64,000 nucleotides of DNA from Escherichia coli (GCF_024298765.1 NZ_CP101210.1), one strand, 5' to 3'; shown: positions 16,753-30,960, numbered from the stretch's first letter. The notes: generated from the letters alone by a model not told the origin. A program made the numbers and translations.

Positions 16753-16998
16753 GTGCTTGGGTTTGACATATCCCGGCGTAAATTCAGAGGTGGAGCCGCC
16801 ACGGGAACGGATAACCTCACCGGAAACAATCGGCGAAACGTACAGCGCCATGTTTACCAGTCCCGGAATTTGTGAGAGATAGACTTTCTCCGTAGTGAAG
16901 GGATAGCTCTCACGGAAAAAGAGACGCAGAAACAGCGGATCAAACTTAAATTTCTGCTCATTTGCCGCCAGCAGCTGGGCGGTTGTGTACATCGACAT
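16753..16998 (-). pseudogene. E: major capsid protein E, N-terminal ~90 codons; frame runs into the insertion and stops at 16723
   Basis: ORF 16723..17025: MSMYTTAQLLAANEQKFKFDPLF...GYVKPKH then LAWLSEAFV* from element DNA. Confidence 0.9.
16754..16763. repeat. right junction direct repeat (att core copy) TGCTTGGGTT
   Basis: Identical 10-mer at 5870..5879. Confidence 0.8.
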
Positions 16999-17053
16999 AA
17001 AAAAATCCCGTAAAAAAAGCCGCACAGGCGGCCTTTAGTGATGAAGGGTAAAG

Positions 17054-17386
17054 TTAAACGATGCTGATTGCCGTTCCGGCAAACGCGGTCCGTTTTTTCG
17101 TCTCGTCGCTGGCAGCCTCCGGCCAGAGCACATCCTCATAACGGAACGTGCCGGACTTGTAGAACGTCAGCGTGGTGCTGGTCTGGTCAGCATCAACCGC
17201 CAGAATGCCAACGGCAGCACCGTCGGTGGTGCCATCCCACGCAACCAGCTTACGGGTGGAGGTATCCAGCATCAGCGGGGTCATTGCAGGCGCTTTCGCA
17301 CTCAATCCGCCGGGCGCGGTTGCCGTATGTGCCGGGTCACTGTTGCCCAGCGGCTGGTAATGGGTAAAGGTTTCTTTGCTCGTCAT
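17054..17386 (-). CDS. D: head decoration protein D
   Basis: [31 protein letters not shown]..., lambda gpD. Confidence 0.9.
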   Translation of the reverse strand: MTSKETFTHYQPLGNSDPAHTATAPGGLSAKAPAMTPLMLDTSTRKLVAWDGTTDGAAVGILAVDADQTSTTLTFYKSGTFRYEDVLWPEAASDETKKRTAFAGTAISIV

Positions 17387-17395
17387 AAACATCCC

Positions 17396-18695
17396 TTACA
17401 CTGGTGTGTTCAGCAAATCGTTAACGGCATCAGATGCCGGGTTACCTGCAGCCAGCGGTGCCGGTGCCCCCTGCATCAGACGATCCAGCGCAGTGTCACT
17501 GCGCGCCTGTGCACTCTGTGGTGCAGCTGCCAGAATGCGGCGGGCCGTTTCCACGGTCATACCGGGGGTTTCGGCCAGCACGCGTGCCTGTTCTTCGCGT
17601 CCGTGAGCCTCCTCACAGTTGAGGATCCCCATAATGCGACTGTTTTCTGCCGCAACCGCTGCGGTGATCTGCGCGTTCACGTCCGGCTGCGCCGCGCTGG
17701 CGTTCTCGCCCTCCGTCGCTTGCACCACGCCAGTAACGTCAGCCTGCGAAGCAGTGGCTGAAACAGTTGTTGATTGAGTCTCTTTGGTCATTCGCCCTCC
17801 TGAGAGACGGGATTTACGTGCATCCAGTGCATCACGCATGACGGTGATCGCATCGGTACTGTTAACAAGTTCATCAGCCAGTCCGGCATCAATGGCCTCC
17901 TGACCGCTGTACACTGCAGCCTCGGTATCCAGCACAGCCTGCACGGACAGGCCGGTATATGCCGACACCTTCTGTGCAAACATCTGGCGGGTTGCGTCCA
18001 TCCGGGACTGCAGTGTCTCCCGGACGTCATCCGGAAGATGGCTGTAGGGATTGCCATCCACCTTATGGCTGCCGCTGTAAATCAGCGTGATTTCCACACC
18101 CTGTTTCTCCAGGGCAGCACCGTAATTACTGTGAGCCATCATGACGCCGATGGAGCCTGTCCGGGCGGTCTGCGTGACCAGACGCCGGGAGGCGGCACTG
18201 GCAAGCAGCTGACCTGCACTGCAGTTCATGTCGTTGGCCAGCGCCCATACCGGTTTTATGTCACGCACACGGGCGATGATGTCAGCGCAGTCAAATGCCC
18301 CCGCCACCATTCCGCCTGGCGTGTCCATATCGAGCAGAATGCCGTCCACCATCGGGTCGCTGGCAGCCTGTTGCAGACGGGCGATAATGCCGTTGTAACC
18401 GGTCATCCCCGAGTACGGCTGCAGCGCCCGCGTCCGGCTGACCAGCGTGCCGGACACCGGCAGCACGGCGATGCCGTTCATGACCTGATAACTGCGGGCC
18501 TGTCGTGGTCCGTCATCATCACCGGATAATGCCAGCGTCGCGAGTGCCTCCTGGGCAGTCAGGCTGTCGCCGGACACCGCATCCGTCAGGCGGCTGATCC
18601 CAAGCTGGCCTGCAAGCGCACAAAAGAAAACCCGCGCATAGGCGGGTTCAAGCATCAGCGGCTCATTAAAGGCCATGCTGGCAATATGCGGGAGA

Positions 18696-18715
<20 letters not shown>
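17396..18715 (-). CDS. C: head maturation protease C (with nested scaffold Nu3 frame)
   Basis: ORF 17396..18850; start MTAELRNLPHIASMAFNEP... gives 439 aa like lambda gpC. Confidence 0.9.
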
Positions 18716-22396
<3,681 letters not shown>

Positions 22397-22422
<26 letters not shown>

Positions 22423-22942
22423 TCAGCAACCCCGGTATCAGTTCATCCAGCGCGGCTGCTTTGTTCATAGCTTTGATGATATCCCGTTTCAGGAAATCAA
22501 CATGTCGGTTTTCCAGTTCCGGAAAACGCCGCTGCACCGACAGGGGGATCCCGTCGAGAATACTGGCAATTTCACCTGCGATCCGCGACAGCACGAAAGT
22601 ACAGAATGCGGTTTCCACCACTTCAGCTGAGTCTCTGGCATTCTTCAGTTCCTGTGCGTCGGCCTGCGCACGCGTAAGTCGATGGCGTTCGTACTCAATA
22701 GTCCCTGGCTGCAGATCTGTCTCGCTGGCCTGCCGCAGTTCTTCAACTTCCCGGCGCAGCTTTTCGTTCTCAATTTCAGCATCCCTTTCGGCATACCATT
22801 TTATAACGGCGGCAGAGTCATAAAGCACCTCATTACCCTTGCCACCGCCTCGCAGAACGGGCATTCCCTGTTCCTGCCAGTTCTGAATGGTACGGATACT
22901 CGCACCGAAAATGTCAGCCAGCTGCTTTTTGTTGACTTCCAT
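22397..22942 (-). CDS. nu1: terminase small subunit Nu1
   Basis: 181 aa, matches lambda Nu1 as recalled. Confidence 0.95.
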
Positions 22943-22959
22943 TGTTCATTCCACGGCCA

Positions 22960-23150
22960 AAAACAGAGAAAGGAAACGACAAAGGCCCAAAAGTTCGTTT
23001 TCAGCACCTGTCGTTTCCTTTCTTTTCAGGGGTTATTTTAAATAAAAACATTAAGTTACGACGAAGAAGAACGGAAACACCTTAAACCGGAAAATTTTCA
23101 TAAATAGCAAAAACCCGCGAGGTCGCCGCCCCGTAACCTGTCGGATCGCC
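22960..23150 (-). other. prophage cos site (cosB R/IHF elements plus cosN); cohesive-end sequence GGGCGGCGACCT at about 23120..23131
   Basis: aaaacccgcgaggtcgccgccccgtaacctgtcggatcgcc is the reverse complement of lambda cosN with flanks as recalled. Confidence 0.85.
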
Positions 23151-23330
23151 GGAAAGGACCCGTAAAGTGATAATGATTATCATCTACATATCACAACGTG
23201 CGTGGAGGCCATCAAACCACGTCAAATAATCAATTATGACGCAGGTATCGTATTAATTGATCTGCATCAACTTAACGTAAAAACAACTTCAGACAATACA
23301 AATCAGCGACACTGAATACGGGGCAACCTC

Positions 23331-23525
23331 ATGTCAACGAAGAACAGAACCCGCAGAACAACAACCCGCAACATCCGCTTTCCTAACCAAATGATTGAAC
23401 AAATTAACATCGCTCTTGAGCAAAAAGGGTCCGGGAATTTCTCAGCCTGGGTCATTGAAGCCTGCCGTCGGAGACTAACGTCAGAAAAGAGAGCATATAC
23501 ATCAATCCAGAGTGATGATGAATAA
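23331..23525 (+). CDS. hypothetical protein (lambda orf64-like)
   Basis: 64-aa ORF between cos and bor, as in lambda. Confidence 0.6.
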   Translation: MSTKNRTRRTTTRNIRFPNQMIEQINIALEQKGSGNFSAWVIEACRRRLTSEKRAYTSIQSDDE

Positions 23526-23886
23526 ACATCCCGGTTTCTTCCACCATCGCACCGGAAAAGCGACTATGAGGGTAACCCTGCGTCTGTCAGCACAGTAAAA
23601 CCCGGTGTGCATCGTTTTTGATTATTCCCGCACACTCACGCAGAAGGAATTCCCCGTCGGGCTACGGTCATGGTTAATGCGGGAATACGGCGACGATACA
23701 GCGCAGCTAAAAGGGTAATGGACAGAAAGAGCGGTTTATTTCATTCCACAGGATTCTGAGTGCCCCCCCCTCCTCCAATAGGCTGAGCATCCACCTATAT
23801 AGTTTTAATTTTCATCAATCCATTTAACTATCGTTTAATTGTTGTCACATAGGATTCTGCCGTTTTTAACAATGCAGGATAATAAG

Positions 23887-24180
23887 ATGAAAAAAATGTT
23901 GTTTTCTGCCGCTCTGGCAATGCTTATTACAGGATGTGCTCAACAGACGTTTACTGTTGGAAACAAACCGACAGCAGTAACACCAAAGGAAACCATCACC
24001 CATCATTTCTTCGTTTCGGGAATTGGACAGGAGAAAACTGTTGATGCAGCCAAAATTTGTGGCGGCGCAGAAAATGTTGTTAAAACAGAAACCCAGCAAA
24101 CATTCGTAAATGGATTTCTCGGTTTTATTACTTTAGGCATTTATACTCCGCTGGAAGCGCGTGTGTATTGCTCACAATAA
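23887..24180 (+). CDS. bor: Bor lipoprotein (serum resistance)
   Basis: ORF 23839..24180; start MKKMLFSAALAMLITGCAQQTFTV... with lipobox; lambda Bor. Confidence 0.9.
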   Translation: MKKMLFSAALAMLITGCAQQTFTVGNKPTAVTPKETITHHFFVSGIGQEKTVDAAKICGGAENVVKTETQQTFVNGFLGFITLGIYTPLEARVYCSQ

Positions 24181-24211
24181 TTGCATGAGTTGCCCATAGA
24201 TATGGGCAGCT

Positions 24212-24673
24212 CTATCTGCACTGCTCATTAATATACTTCTGGGTTCCTTCCAGTTGTTTTTGCATAGTAATCAGCCTCTCTCTGAGGGTGAAATAATCCC
24301 GTTCAGCGGTGTCTGCCAGTCGGGGGGAGGCTGCATTATCCACGCCGGAGGCGGTGGTGGCTTCACGCACTGACTGACAGACTGCTTTGATGTGCAACCG
24401 ACGACGACCAGCGGCAACATCATCACGCAGAGCATCATTTTCAGCTTTCGCATCAGCTAACTCCTTCGTGTATTTTGCATCGAGCGCAGCAACATCACGC
24501 TGACGCATCTGCATGTCAGTAATTGCCGCGTTCGCCAGCTTCAGTTCTCTGGCATTTTTGTCGCGCTGGGCTTTGTAGGTAATGGCGTTATCACGGTAAT
24601 GATTAACAGCCCATGACAGGCCGACGATGATGCAGATAACCAGAGCGGAGATAATCGCGGTTACTCTGTTCAT
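24212..24673 (-). CDS. Rz: i-spanin Rz
   Basis: ORF 24212..24685; N-terminal TM helix then coiled coil; directly downstream of endolysin. Confidence 0.85.
   Translation of the reverse strand: MNRVTAIISALVICIIVGLSWAVNHYRDNAITYKAQRDKNARELKLANAAITDMQMRQRDVAALDAKYTKELADAKAENDALRDDVAAGRRRLHIKAVCQSVREATTASGVDNAASPRLADTAERDYFTLRERLITMQKQLEGTQKYINEQCR
24271..24453 (-). CDS. Rz1: o-spanin Rz1 lipoprotein, embedded in the +1 frame of Rz
   Basis: 60 aa with lipobox VVGCTS and proline-rich stretch [15 protein letters not shown]. Confidence 0.8.
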   Translation of the reverse strand: MRKLKMMLCVMMLPLVVVGCTSKQSVSQCVKPPPPPAWIMQPPPDWQTPLNGIISPSERG

Positions 24674-25167
24674 TGCTGACCCCACAAACAGATTTCACGC
24701 TCAATCTCACGACGAGTCATGAGACCTTTCCATTGCTTACCGCCAGCATATGTCCAGCGACGTAGCTGATCACATGCGCCTTTAATATCACCCTGGTTTA
24801 TTTTGCGAAGAAGCGTCGATGTTCTGAAATTGCCAGCACCCACGTTGTAGACGAACGAGTAAAGAGCGCCGCGCGTTGTTTCCGGTATATCGACTTTGAT
24901 GTACGGGTTAATTTGTCTGGCGACAGTGGCAAGGTCTTTATTCAGGAGGGCTTTGCACTCTGCTTCGGTATACGTTTTACCGGGAATGATGTCTTTTCCT
25001 GTATGCCCGTGACATACAGTCCATACACCAACTATGTCTTTGTAAGGATTATGTCTCACACCTTCCAGACCATCGTTACCACTTGGGCCAGTGATTAATA
25101 CAGATGCTATAGCAATAGCCCCGCCACCAATAGCAGCAGCAACAGCTTTTCGTAATGATGGAGGCAT
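24670..25167 (-). CDS. R: SAR endolysin (phage-21 R-type lysozyme)
   Basis: 165 aa; N-terminal Gly/Ala-rich signal-anchor-release segment then lysozyme domain; resembles DLP12 RrrD / R21. Confidence 0.85.
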   Translation of the reverse strand: MPPSLRKAVAAAIGGGAIAIASVLITGPSGNDGLEGVRHNPYKDIVGVWTVCHGHTGKDIIPGKTYTEAECKALLNKDLATVARQINPYIKVDIPETTRGALYSFVYNVGAGNFRTSTLLRKINQGDIKGACDQLRRWTYAGGKQWKGLMTRREIEREICLWGQQ

Positions 25168-25382
25168 TATCCACCTCTCGCAGCCTTGCGCTTATCTTCT
25201 TTAATCTTGAAATAAAGGTTTGTCAGGTACGTCAGCAGGCCAAATACCAGGCTACCCAGCACTCCAATTGCCGCCCACTGTGAGGGCGTGACTTTATCTA
25301 GCAGCTGTAAAAACCAGTACCCGGCACTACCTGCTGAGGTGCCATAGGCGACACCCGTTGTTAACTTATCCATGGATTTCAT
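25167..25382 (-). CDS. S: pinholin (S21-type class II holin)
   Basis: 71 aa; [20 protein letters not shown]...[35 protein letters not shown] closely parallels S21 / EssD. Confidence 0.85.
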
Positions 25383-25503
25383 AACCCCACCTCGCAGACA
25401 AAGCGGGTGTAAATTGAGGGAATACTACGAAACGTAACAGACTCGGAGTCAGTGAATAACTCAGGTATTGGGTTATCAGCTAATATCGAGACTCAAAAAA
25501 TGG

Positions 25504-25527
25504 AAAAACCCGCTCGACGGCGGGTTT
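25504..25527 (-). terminator. rho-independent terminator upstream of the lysis cassette (tR'-like)
   Basis: Minus strand aaacccgccgtcgagcgggttttt. Confidence 0.5.
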
Positions 25528-25954
25528 AAGCTGTGTGACGAAGTAACCACTCTTAACAGCATAACCAATTTTTTACGTACGTAAACCACTAAATGATATT
25601 TGCGAGAATGCTACCGAGTATTGAAAACACCACTACAAATACATAAGCAAATCTCAACAAATAACCAACAAATAATTTCCAGTGTTATTTTTAGCTGGTT
25701 TAAATTGAACCTTCAAATTATAGAGCACTTATAAATAACAGCCGTTAATATAAATTGGCTAACAGATTTATTTTTATTCAGCCAAGAGCCATGAATAGGA
25801 TTCGATAGAAAAAAGTTCAGATAAAAATAGAGATCTACTTCACAAATCAAACGAGAAACCAAAACTTACATCTTGAAATAATCACATTGATTAGATGAAT
25901 ATTTATCGCGCAGTGACATCATTTTTTAATAATAGTTCAAAAAAAGGGCTCACG

Positions 25955-27052
25955 ATGAAAAAATTAACAGTGGCAATTTCTGCTGTAGCTGCATCAGTAC
26001 TGATGGCGATGTCTGCTCAGGCAGCTGAAATTTATAATAAAGACAGTAACAAGCTGGATCTGTACGGGAAAGTTAATGCTAAGCACTACTTCTCCTCTAA
26101 TGATGCAGATGATGGTGATACTACTTATGCCCGTCTTGGCTTCAAAGGTGAAACCCAAATCAACGATCAACTGACTGGTTTCGGTCAGTGGGAATATGAA
26201 TTCAAAGGCAACCGCGCTGAATCTCAAGGTTCCTCCAAAGATAAAACCCGTCTTGCCTTCGCTGGCCTGAAATTCGGTGACTACGGCTCCATCGATTACG
26301 GCCGTAACTACGGTGTAGCATACGACATCGGTGCGTGGACTGACGTCCTGCCAGAATTCGGTGGTGACACTTGGACTCAAACCGACGTGTTCATGACTCA
26401 ACGTGCAACTGGTGTTGCAACCTATCGTAACAACGACTTCTTTGGTCTGGTTGATGGTCTGAATTTTGCTGCTCAGTACCAAGGCAAAAACGATCGTAGC
26501 GATTTCGATAACTACACTGAAGGTAACGGTGATGGCTTCGGTTTCTCTGCTACCTATGAATACGAAGGATTCGGTATCGGTGCAACTTATGCGAAATCTG
26601 ATCGTACCGACACTCAAGTTAATGCAGGGAAAGTTCTTCCTGAAGTATTTGCTTCCGGTAAAAATGCAGAAGTTTGGGCCGCAGGTCTGAAATATGACGC
26701 TAACAACATTTACCTGGCCACTACCTATTCTGAAACCCAGAATATGACTGTATTTGCTGATCACTTCGTTGCTAATAAAGCCCAAAACTTCGAAGCTGTT
26801 GCACAATATCAGTTCGATTTCGGTCTGCGTCCGTCCGTTGCTTACCTGCAATCTAAAGGTAAGGATCTTGGAGTATGGGGCGATCAGGACTTAGTCAAAT
26901 ATGTTGATGTAGGTGCAACCTATTACTTCAACAAAAATATGTCTACTTTCGTTGATTACAAAATCAACCTGCTTGACAAAAATGACTTCACTAAAGCACT
27001 CGGTGTAAGCACTGATGACATCGTTGCTGTAGGTCTGGTTTACCAGTTCTAA
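25955..27052 (+). CDS. outer-membrane porin, OmpC/NmpC/Lc family (lysogenic-conversion gene)
   Basis: ORF 25895..27052; start [23 protein letters not shown] signal peptide; [17 protein letters not shown]... and C-terminal VGLVYQF typical of general porins; sits between Q and S on the opposite strand as in DLP12/PA-2. Confidence 0.9.
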   Translation: MKKLTVAISAVAASVLMAMSAQAAEIYNKDSNKLDLYGKVNAKHYFSSNDADDGDTTYARLGFKGETQINDQLTGFGQWEYEFKGNRAESQGSSKDKTRLAFAGLKFGDYGSIDYGRNYGVAYDIGAWTDVLPEFGGDTWTQTDVFMTQRATGVATYRNNDFFGLVDGLNFAAQYQGKNDRSDFDNYTEGNGDGFGFSATYEYEGFGIGATYAKSDRTDTQVNAGKVLPEVFASGKNAEVWAAGLKYDANNIYLATTYSETQNMTVFADHFVANKAQNFEAVAQYQFDFGLRPSVAYLQSKGKDLGVWGDQDLVKYVDVGATYYFNKNMSTFVDYKINLLDKNDFTKALGVSTDDIVAVGLVYQF

Positions 27053-27189
27053 TCTGATTACGAAAAAGATATGTTGCGGGAGGCGTTGCCTCCCCAACAT
27101 ATAAGTGGCTCCCTCAAGCCACTTCCTTTAGAAGCACAACCTTGCTTCTAACTATATAAACCTTCTGTTATATATTACCCTTTATTTTT

Positions 27190-27215
27190 GGGGGCGTCTC
27201 AACGCCCCATTTTTA
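27190..27215 (+). terminator. rho-independent terminator after porin gene
   Basis: gggggcgtctcaacgcccc followed by attttt. Confidence 0.6.
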
Positions 27216-27241
27216 ATAATTTTTAGTAAACAATTGGCATA

Positions 27242-27640
27242 TTAATTAGAGTTATTAACAACGATATCCATCTCTAACCGGATATCTAATGCCATTAACA
27301 TCCCTTCAATTATACCCTCAGCCTTCTGTAACCTTTTCCCGATATAACCATCAGAGCAGCAATGCTTACCTGCCAGTGACATGAATGTCATACCGACTAC
27401 ATAATAATCTACTAATAAATCGTGCAAATCGCTGTTGTTCTTTTTCAGACGGGCCATGCACCCGCAAATGATCATCGCGTCATCGTCACAACATTGCGGG
27501 CGAGATTTTACTTTTGAAGTAATTAATCCCTTAAAACCGGCGGCAATGGACGACCAGGTCACATCTTCATGATTATTAGCCGCCCACGCTCCCCAACGCT
27601 CAAGAACCATCTGAATATCACGCATCAACTTACTCCACAA
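27242..27640 (-). CDS. Q: late antiterminator Q (phage-82 / DLP12 QuuD type)
   Basis: 132 aa; closely resembles DLP12 QuuD as recalled; Cys-rich putative zinc site; upstream of the lysis genes. Confidence 0.8.
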   Translation of the reverse strand: MWSKLMRDIQMVLERWGAWAANNHEDVTWSSIAAGFKGLITSKVKSRPQCCDDDAMIICGCMARLKKNNSDLHDLLVDYYVVGMTFMSLAGKHCCSDGYIGKRLQKAEGIIEGMLMALDIRLEMDIVVNNSN

Positions 27641-27847
27641 AAATCAGACCAGAACGCCAATTACAAGCAAAAATCAACAAAACAGTATTAGTTGATTGTT
27701 ATCTCTGACTTCATACTCCTGCTCCTGTCAGGGTTTTGGCGTAATTCTTCAGTATTCGGTAATCGGTCAAAACAGAACCGGGGAAACGATATAAGCGCAG
27801 ACGCCCCCAGCGGTGGCGAAGAAGTTCTGCCATATTAAACTCAAACA

Positions 27848-28210
27848 TCATTCATTCCCCATTTCGGTGATGGTCAGTTCCAGCCTCCCACCTTTGGTAA
27901 CAGGCATCTTCACAACGCGGTAATCAACGACCTGAGCATCATCCAGCCAGAAACCTGCTTTGGTGAGTGCGTCAAAAGAGGCTTTTTGCAGATTATCCAG
28001 GTCACGGCGACGGCGATCCGGCATGTGGCACTCAATGCGGATTTTCACAGGCATAGCCAGGCCGATATCCAGCATTGCGTTTTTAATGATTCGGGCGACG
28101 TTATCGCAGTATGCCTGCCCCTCTGCGCTAACGTGCGTGCGCCCGCGATTATGGCGGTAATAGCGATTATTGCTCGGAGGCCAGGGTAATGTGATGCTGT
28201 AGGTATTCAC
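27848..28210 (-). CDS. rusA: Holliday junction resolvase RusA
   Basis: 120 aa [34 protein letters not shown]..., RusA family. Confidence 0.9.
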   Translation of the reverse strand: MNTYSITLPWPPSNNRYYRHNRGRTHVSAEGQAYCDNVARIIKNAMLDIGLAMPVKIRIECHMPDRRRRDLDNLQKASFDALTKAGFWLDDAQVVDYRVVKMPVTKGGRLELTITEMGNE

Positions 28211-28229
28211 GCCTTAATAACCCCCTCTT

Positions 28230-28424
28230 TCAGCCAGATAACCTGTGTTCTCGCCATACCTTCCAGCGCGCATTCTTTTGCATATGCAGCATCGACTTGC
28301 TTGGCATGCCCTTTACCGGCAATCTTCTGTATGCGCTAAACCTAGATAGAATCCACTCTGTGCACATTGAAGCCCGCTCTATGCTTCCTTTCAGGTATTG
28401 AAGGGATTGAGATGGGCTAAGCAT
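28230..28424 (-). CDS. NinF-like ORF, N-terminus conserved, remainder divergent (possible remnant)
   Basis: [18 protein letters not shown]... matches start of lambda NinF as recalled, then loses the Cys-rich motif. Confidence 0.35.
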   Translation of the reverse strand: MLSPSQSLQYLKGSIERASMCTEWILSRFSAYRRLPVKGMPSKSMLHMQKNARWKVWREHRLSG

Positions 28425-28800
28425 TATTGGCCTCCTGCATCAGGAGAAAGACAATCATGGCGGCGCGGAGAGGTCTGGCATCAAATATTGGGCTTACGCC
28501 TTTTGCATCCACACACCATTCAGTTAACTGGTCTAAGATAGAAATCCTGTATTTCTCAATAATCGGCCATGAAGCGCTCGGATCATTGCAGTAGTCAGGC
28601 AAATGATTTAATGGCTCAAAAGTTGTATCAGCATTTCCGTAATACCATTTGTTGGTGTTATTCCCTGATGTTTCCGGTTTACTTGCCCAAAGGCCTTTAA
28701 AAATTATGTCTCCTACCATTCTGTTAATTTCAAAATCACTTAACTGTGAATAATCCATTGTCATTTCCTCGCACGATATCTTAGCCACCGGATATCCCAC
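28417..28800 (-). CDS. nin-region hypothetical protein
   Basis: 127-aa ORF in the nin operon on the same strand as its neighbours; family not recognised. Confidence 0.5.
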   Translation of the reverse strand: MGYPVAKISCEEMTMDYSQLSDFEINRMVGDIIFKGLWASKPETSGNNTNKWYYGNADTTFEPLNHLPDYCNDPSASWPIIEKYRISILDQLTEWCVDAKGVSPIFDARPLRAAMIVFLLMQEANNA

Positions 28801-28937
28801 AGGTGAGCTGTGTAATTGAAGGTTTTTACGTCAGATTCTTTTGGGATTGGCTTGCGTTTATTTCTGGAGCGTTTCGTTGGAAGGTATTTGCAGTTTTCGC
28901 AGATGATGTCGGTGAAACTTCGTCGCTGTCGCCTCAT
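28761..28937 (-). CDS. ninE: NinE
   Basis: ORF 28761..29027; internal start [58 protein letters not shown] matches lambda NinE. Confidence 0.8.
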   Translation of the reverse strand: MRRQRRSFTDIICENCKYLPTKRSRNKRKPIPKESDVKTFNYTAHLWDIRWLRYRARK

Positions 28938-29461
28938 GCCGCCCTCCTGACGCCCTGCCCGATCGCCATCAATGCCGCTTTGGATACGGTAGTAAACATC
29001 CGTCGAGGACTGATGAACGGTCGCCAAATCAGCAGCATGGAGCCTTTGCTGTTTCCCTTCTTCTCCAGCCCTGTCGATGGTTCGATAAAATTAATCCGTC
29101 CATCAGTGATAATGCGAACTTCGTCGACACTCTCCAGAGCCTTGCTGAACCATCCGACTGACATATCCTCTGGCACAAGCATAACTACCGTCTGTCGCTG
29201 TTGTATGCACTGCTCAGCGGCTTTTTCCACCCACGGCCTGATATTGCTGTACGGTGGGTTATTCCAGATTGCACCGTGGCTTACCCACTCAGAATTGAGC
29301 GCGTCGTCGGCCTCAGTTAGCCAGTGAGCACACAGAGCATTTTTGTCGCTCGCTGCAGAATCCAGCCAGAATCCAAACTCAATATCCAGTGCATCAAAAA
29401 GCCAAAGCGGCGTTTGCCAGCAGTCCTTGTCGTGTGCTGGCGTATTTGATTTGATAGTCAT
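28934..29461 (-). CDS. phage DNA N6-adenine methyltransferase (orphan)
   Basis: ORF 28934..29521; probable start [25 protein letters not shown]...; NPPY catalytic motif. Confidence 0.75.
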   Translation of the reverse strand: MTIKSNTPAHDKDCWQTPLWLFDALDIEFGFWLDSAASDKNALCAHWLTEADDALNSEWVSHGAIWNNPPYSNIRPWVEKAAEQCIQQRQTVVMLVPEDMSVGWFSKALESVDEVRIITDGRINFIEPSTGLEKKGNSKGSMLLIWRPFISPRRMFTTVSKAALMAIGQGVRRAA

Positions 29462-29898
29462 GCAGCCCGATCTCCCCATCTCGCTTTCCACTCCAGAGCC
29501 AGTCTCGCTTCGTCTGACCACTTAACGCCACGCTCTGTACCGAATGCCTGTATAAGCTCTAATAGCTCCGCAAATTCGCCTACACGCATCCTGCTGGTTG
29601 ACTGGCCTATTACCACAAAGCCATTCCCGGCAAGGTTAGGAACAACATCCTGCTGCTTTAATGCTGCGGTAAACACACACTTCCAGCTTTCTGCATCCAG
29701 CCAGCGACCATGCCATTCAACCTGACGAGAGACGTCACCTAAGCAGGCCCATAGCTTCCTGTTTTGGTCTAAGCTGCGGTTGCGTTCCTGAATGGTTACT
29801 ACGATTGGTTTGGTTGGGTCTGGAAGGATTTGCTGTACTGCGTGAATAGCGTTTTGCTGATGTGCTGGAGATCGAATTTCAAAGGTTAGTTTTTTCAT
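29458..29898 (-). CDS. ninB: NinB (Orf-family recombination mediator)
   Basis: ORF 29458..29916; start MKKLTFEIRSPAHQQNAIHAVQQILPDPTKP..., lambda NinB. Confidence 0.9.
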   Translation of the reverse strand: MKKLTFEIRSPAHQQNAIHAVQQILPDPTKPIVVTIQERNRSLDQNRKLWACLGDVSRQVEWHGRWLDAESWKCVFTAALKQQDVVPNLAGNGFVVIGQSTSRMRVGEFAELLELIQAFGTERGVKWSDEARLALEWKARWGDRAA

Positions 29899-29971
29899 GA
29901 CTTCCCTCTCCCCCAAATAAAAAGGCCTGCGATTACCAGCAGGCCTGTTATTAGCTCAGTGATGTAGATGG

Positions 29972-30262
29972 TCATCTTTTAACTCCATATACCGCCAATA
30001 CCCGTTTCATCGCGGCACTCTGGCGACACTCCTTAAAAATCAGGTTCGTGCTCATCTTTCCTTCCCGTTCTTCCTTGGTAGCAAACCGGTAATACACCGT
30101 TCGCCAGACCTTACCTTCGATAACCAGAAGACCTGCCCGTGCCATTTTAGCCGCGGCCTGATTTATGCTGGTTACTGTTGCGCCTGTTAGCGCGGCAACG
30201 TCCGGCGCACAGAAGCTATTATGCGTCCCCAGGTAATGAATAATTGCCTCTTTGCCCGTCAT
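29972..30262 (-). CDS. ren: Ren
   Basis: 96 aa MTGKEAIIHYLGTHNSFCAPDVAALTGATVTSINQ..., lambda Ren. Confidence 0.9.
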   Translation of the reverse strand: MTGKEAIIHYLGTHNSFCAPDVAALTGATVTSINQAAAKMARAGLLVIEGKVWRTVYYRFATKEEREGKMSTNLIFKECRQSAAMKRVLAVYGVKR

Positions 30263-30960
30263 ACACTTGCTCCTTTCAGTCCGAACTTAGCTTTGATTTC
30301 TGCGATCTTCGCCAGAGCCTGTGCACGATTTAGAGGTCTACCGCCCATGACAGGAAGTTGTTTTACTGGTTCAGGGATCGCCTCACCACGGTTAATTCTC
30401 GCAGTCATATGGACAAGCTCATCTGCGGCCTTACGGCGTAATTCCGCATCAGTAAGCGCATTGGCCCGCATGTTCTGATACAGGTTGGTAACCAGCCAGT
30501 AGTGCGCGTTTGATTTCCACGGATAAGACTCCGCATCCGGATACAGGCCTCGCTTCCGGCAATACTCGTAAACCATATCAACCAGCTCGCTGACGTTTGG
30601 CAGTCCGGCGATAACGGATGCTTCTTCCCGGCACCATGCAACAAACTGCCCGGGTGATGGCAGAAATGGTCGATTCTGCCGACGGGCTACGCGCATTCCT
30701 GCGTTAACCTGTTCCATTGTGGTGATCCCGTTTTCCCGGAAAGCCAGCACCCACTGGCGGCGGATTTCGTTCAGTTCGTTCTGGTCCCGGTTAGCCAGGC
30801 TCGCCGGGAAAGTTGCCAGTAACTGGCTGAACACACCATTGATGATCTGCGCTACCTGTTGTACCTGCGGCTTTTCGTCGTACTGTTCCGGCATGTTGTT
30901 GGCGATCCGACGCATCTGCTCACGGTCAAAGTTAACCATCTGTGCGGCGATGTTTTTCAT
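30259..30960 (-). CDS. P: replication protein P (DnaB loader)
   Basis: 233 aa MKNIAAQMVNFDREQMRRIANNMPEQYDEK..., lambda P. Confidence 0.95.
   Translation of the reverse strand: MKNIAAQMVNFDREQMRRIANNMPEQYDEKPQVQQVAQIINGVFSQLLATFPASLANRDQNELNEIRRQWVLAFRENGITTMEQVNAGMRVARRQNRPFLPSPGQFVAWCREEASVIAGLPNVSELVDMVYEYCRKRGLYPDAESYPWKSNAHYWLVTNLYQNMRANALTDAELRRKAADELVHMTARINRGEAIPEPVKQLPVMGGRPLNRAQALAKIAEIKAKFGLKGASV

Larger units (their letters stand above)
5870..16763 (-). mobile_element. integrative satellite/PICI-like element inserted in prophage gene E (int, alpA, regulators, primase-helicase, iteron ori, SSB-like, gpE-like, gpD-like, Nu1-like, cos, cargo)
   Basis: Gene E split in frame; 10-bp direct repeat TGCTTGGGTT at both junctions; tyrosine integrase next to right junction; GCAATACA repeats inside both ends. 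Confidence 0.85.

Noticed and set aside
5870-16763. Insertion as an IS element or transposon
   Set aside because: No transposase or terminal inverted repeats seen; instead a tyrosine integrase, AlpA-like genes, a replication origin and packaging genes, with a 10-bp core direct repeat consistent with site-specific integration.
25994-26851. 285-aa minus-strand ORF inside the porin gene
   Set aside because: Antisense to a complete, clearly recognisable porin gene with signal peptide; no independent support.
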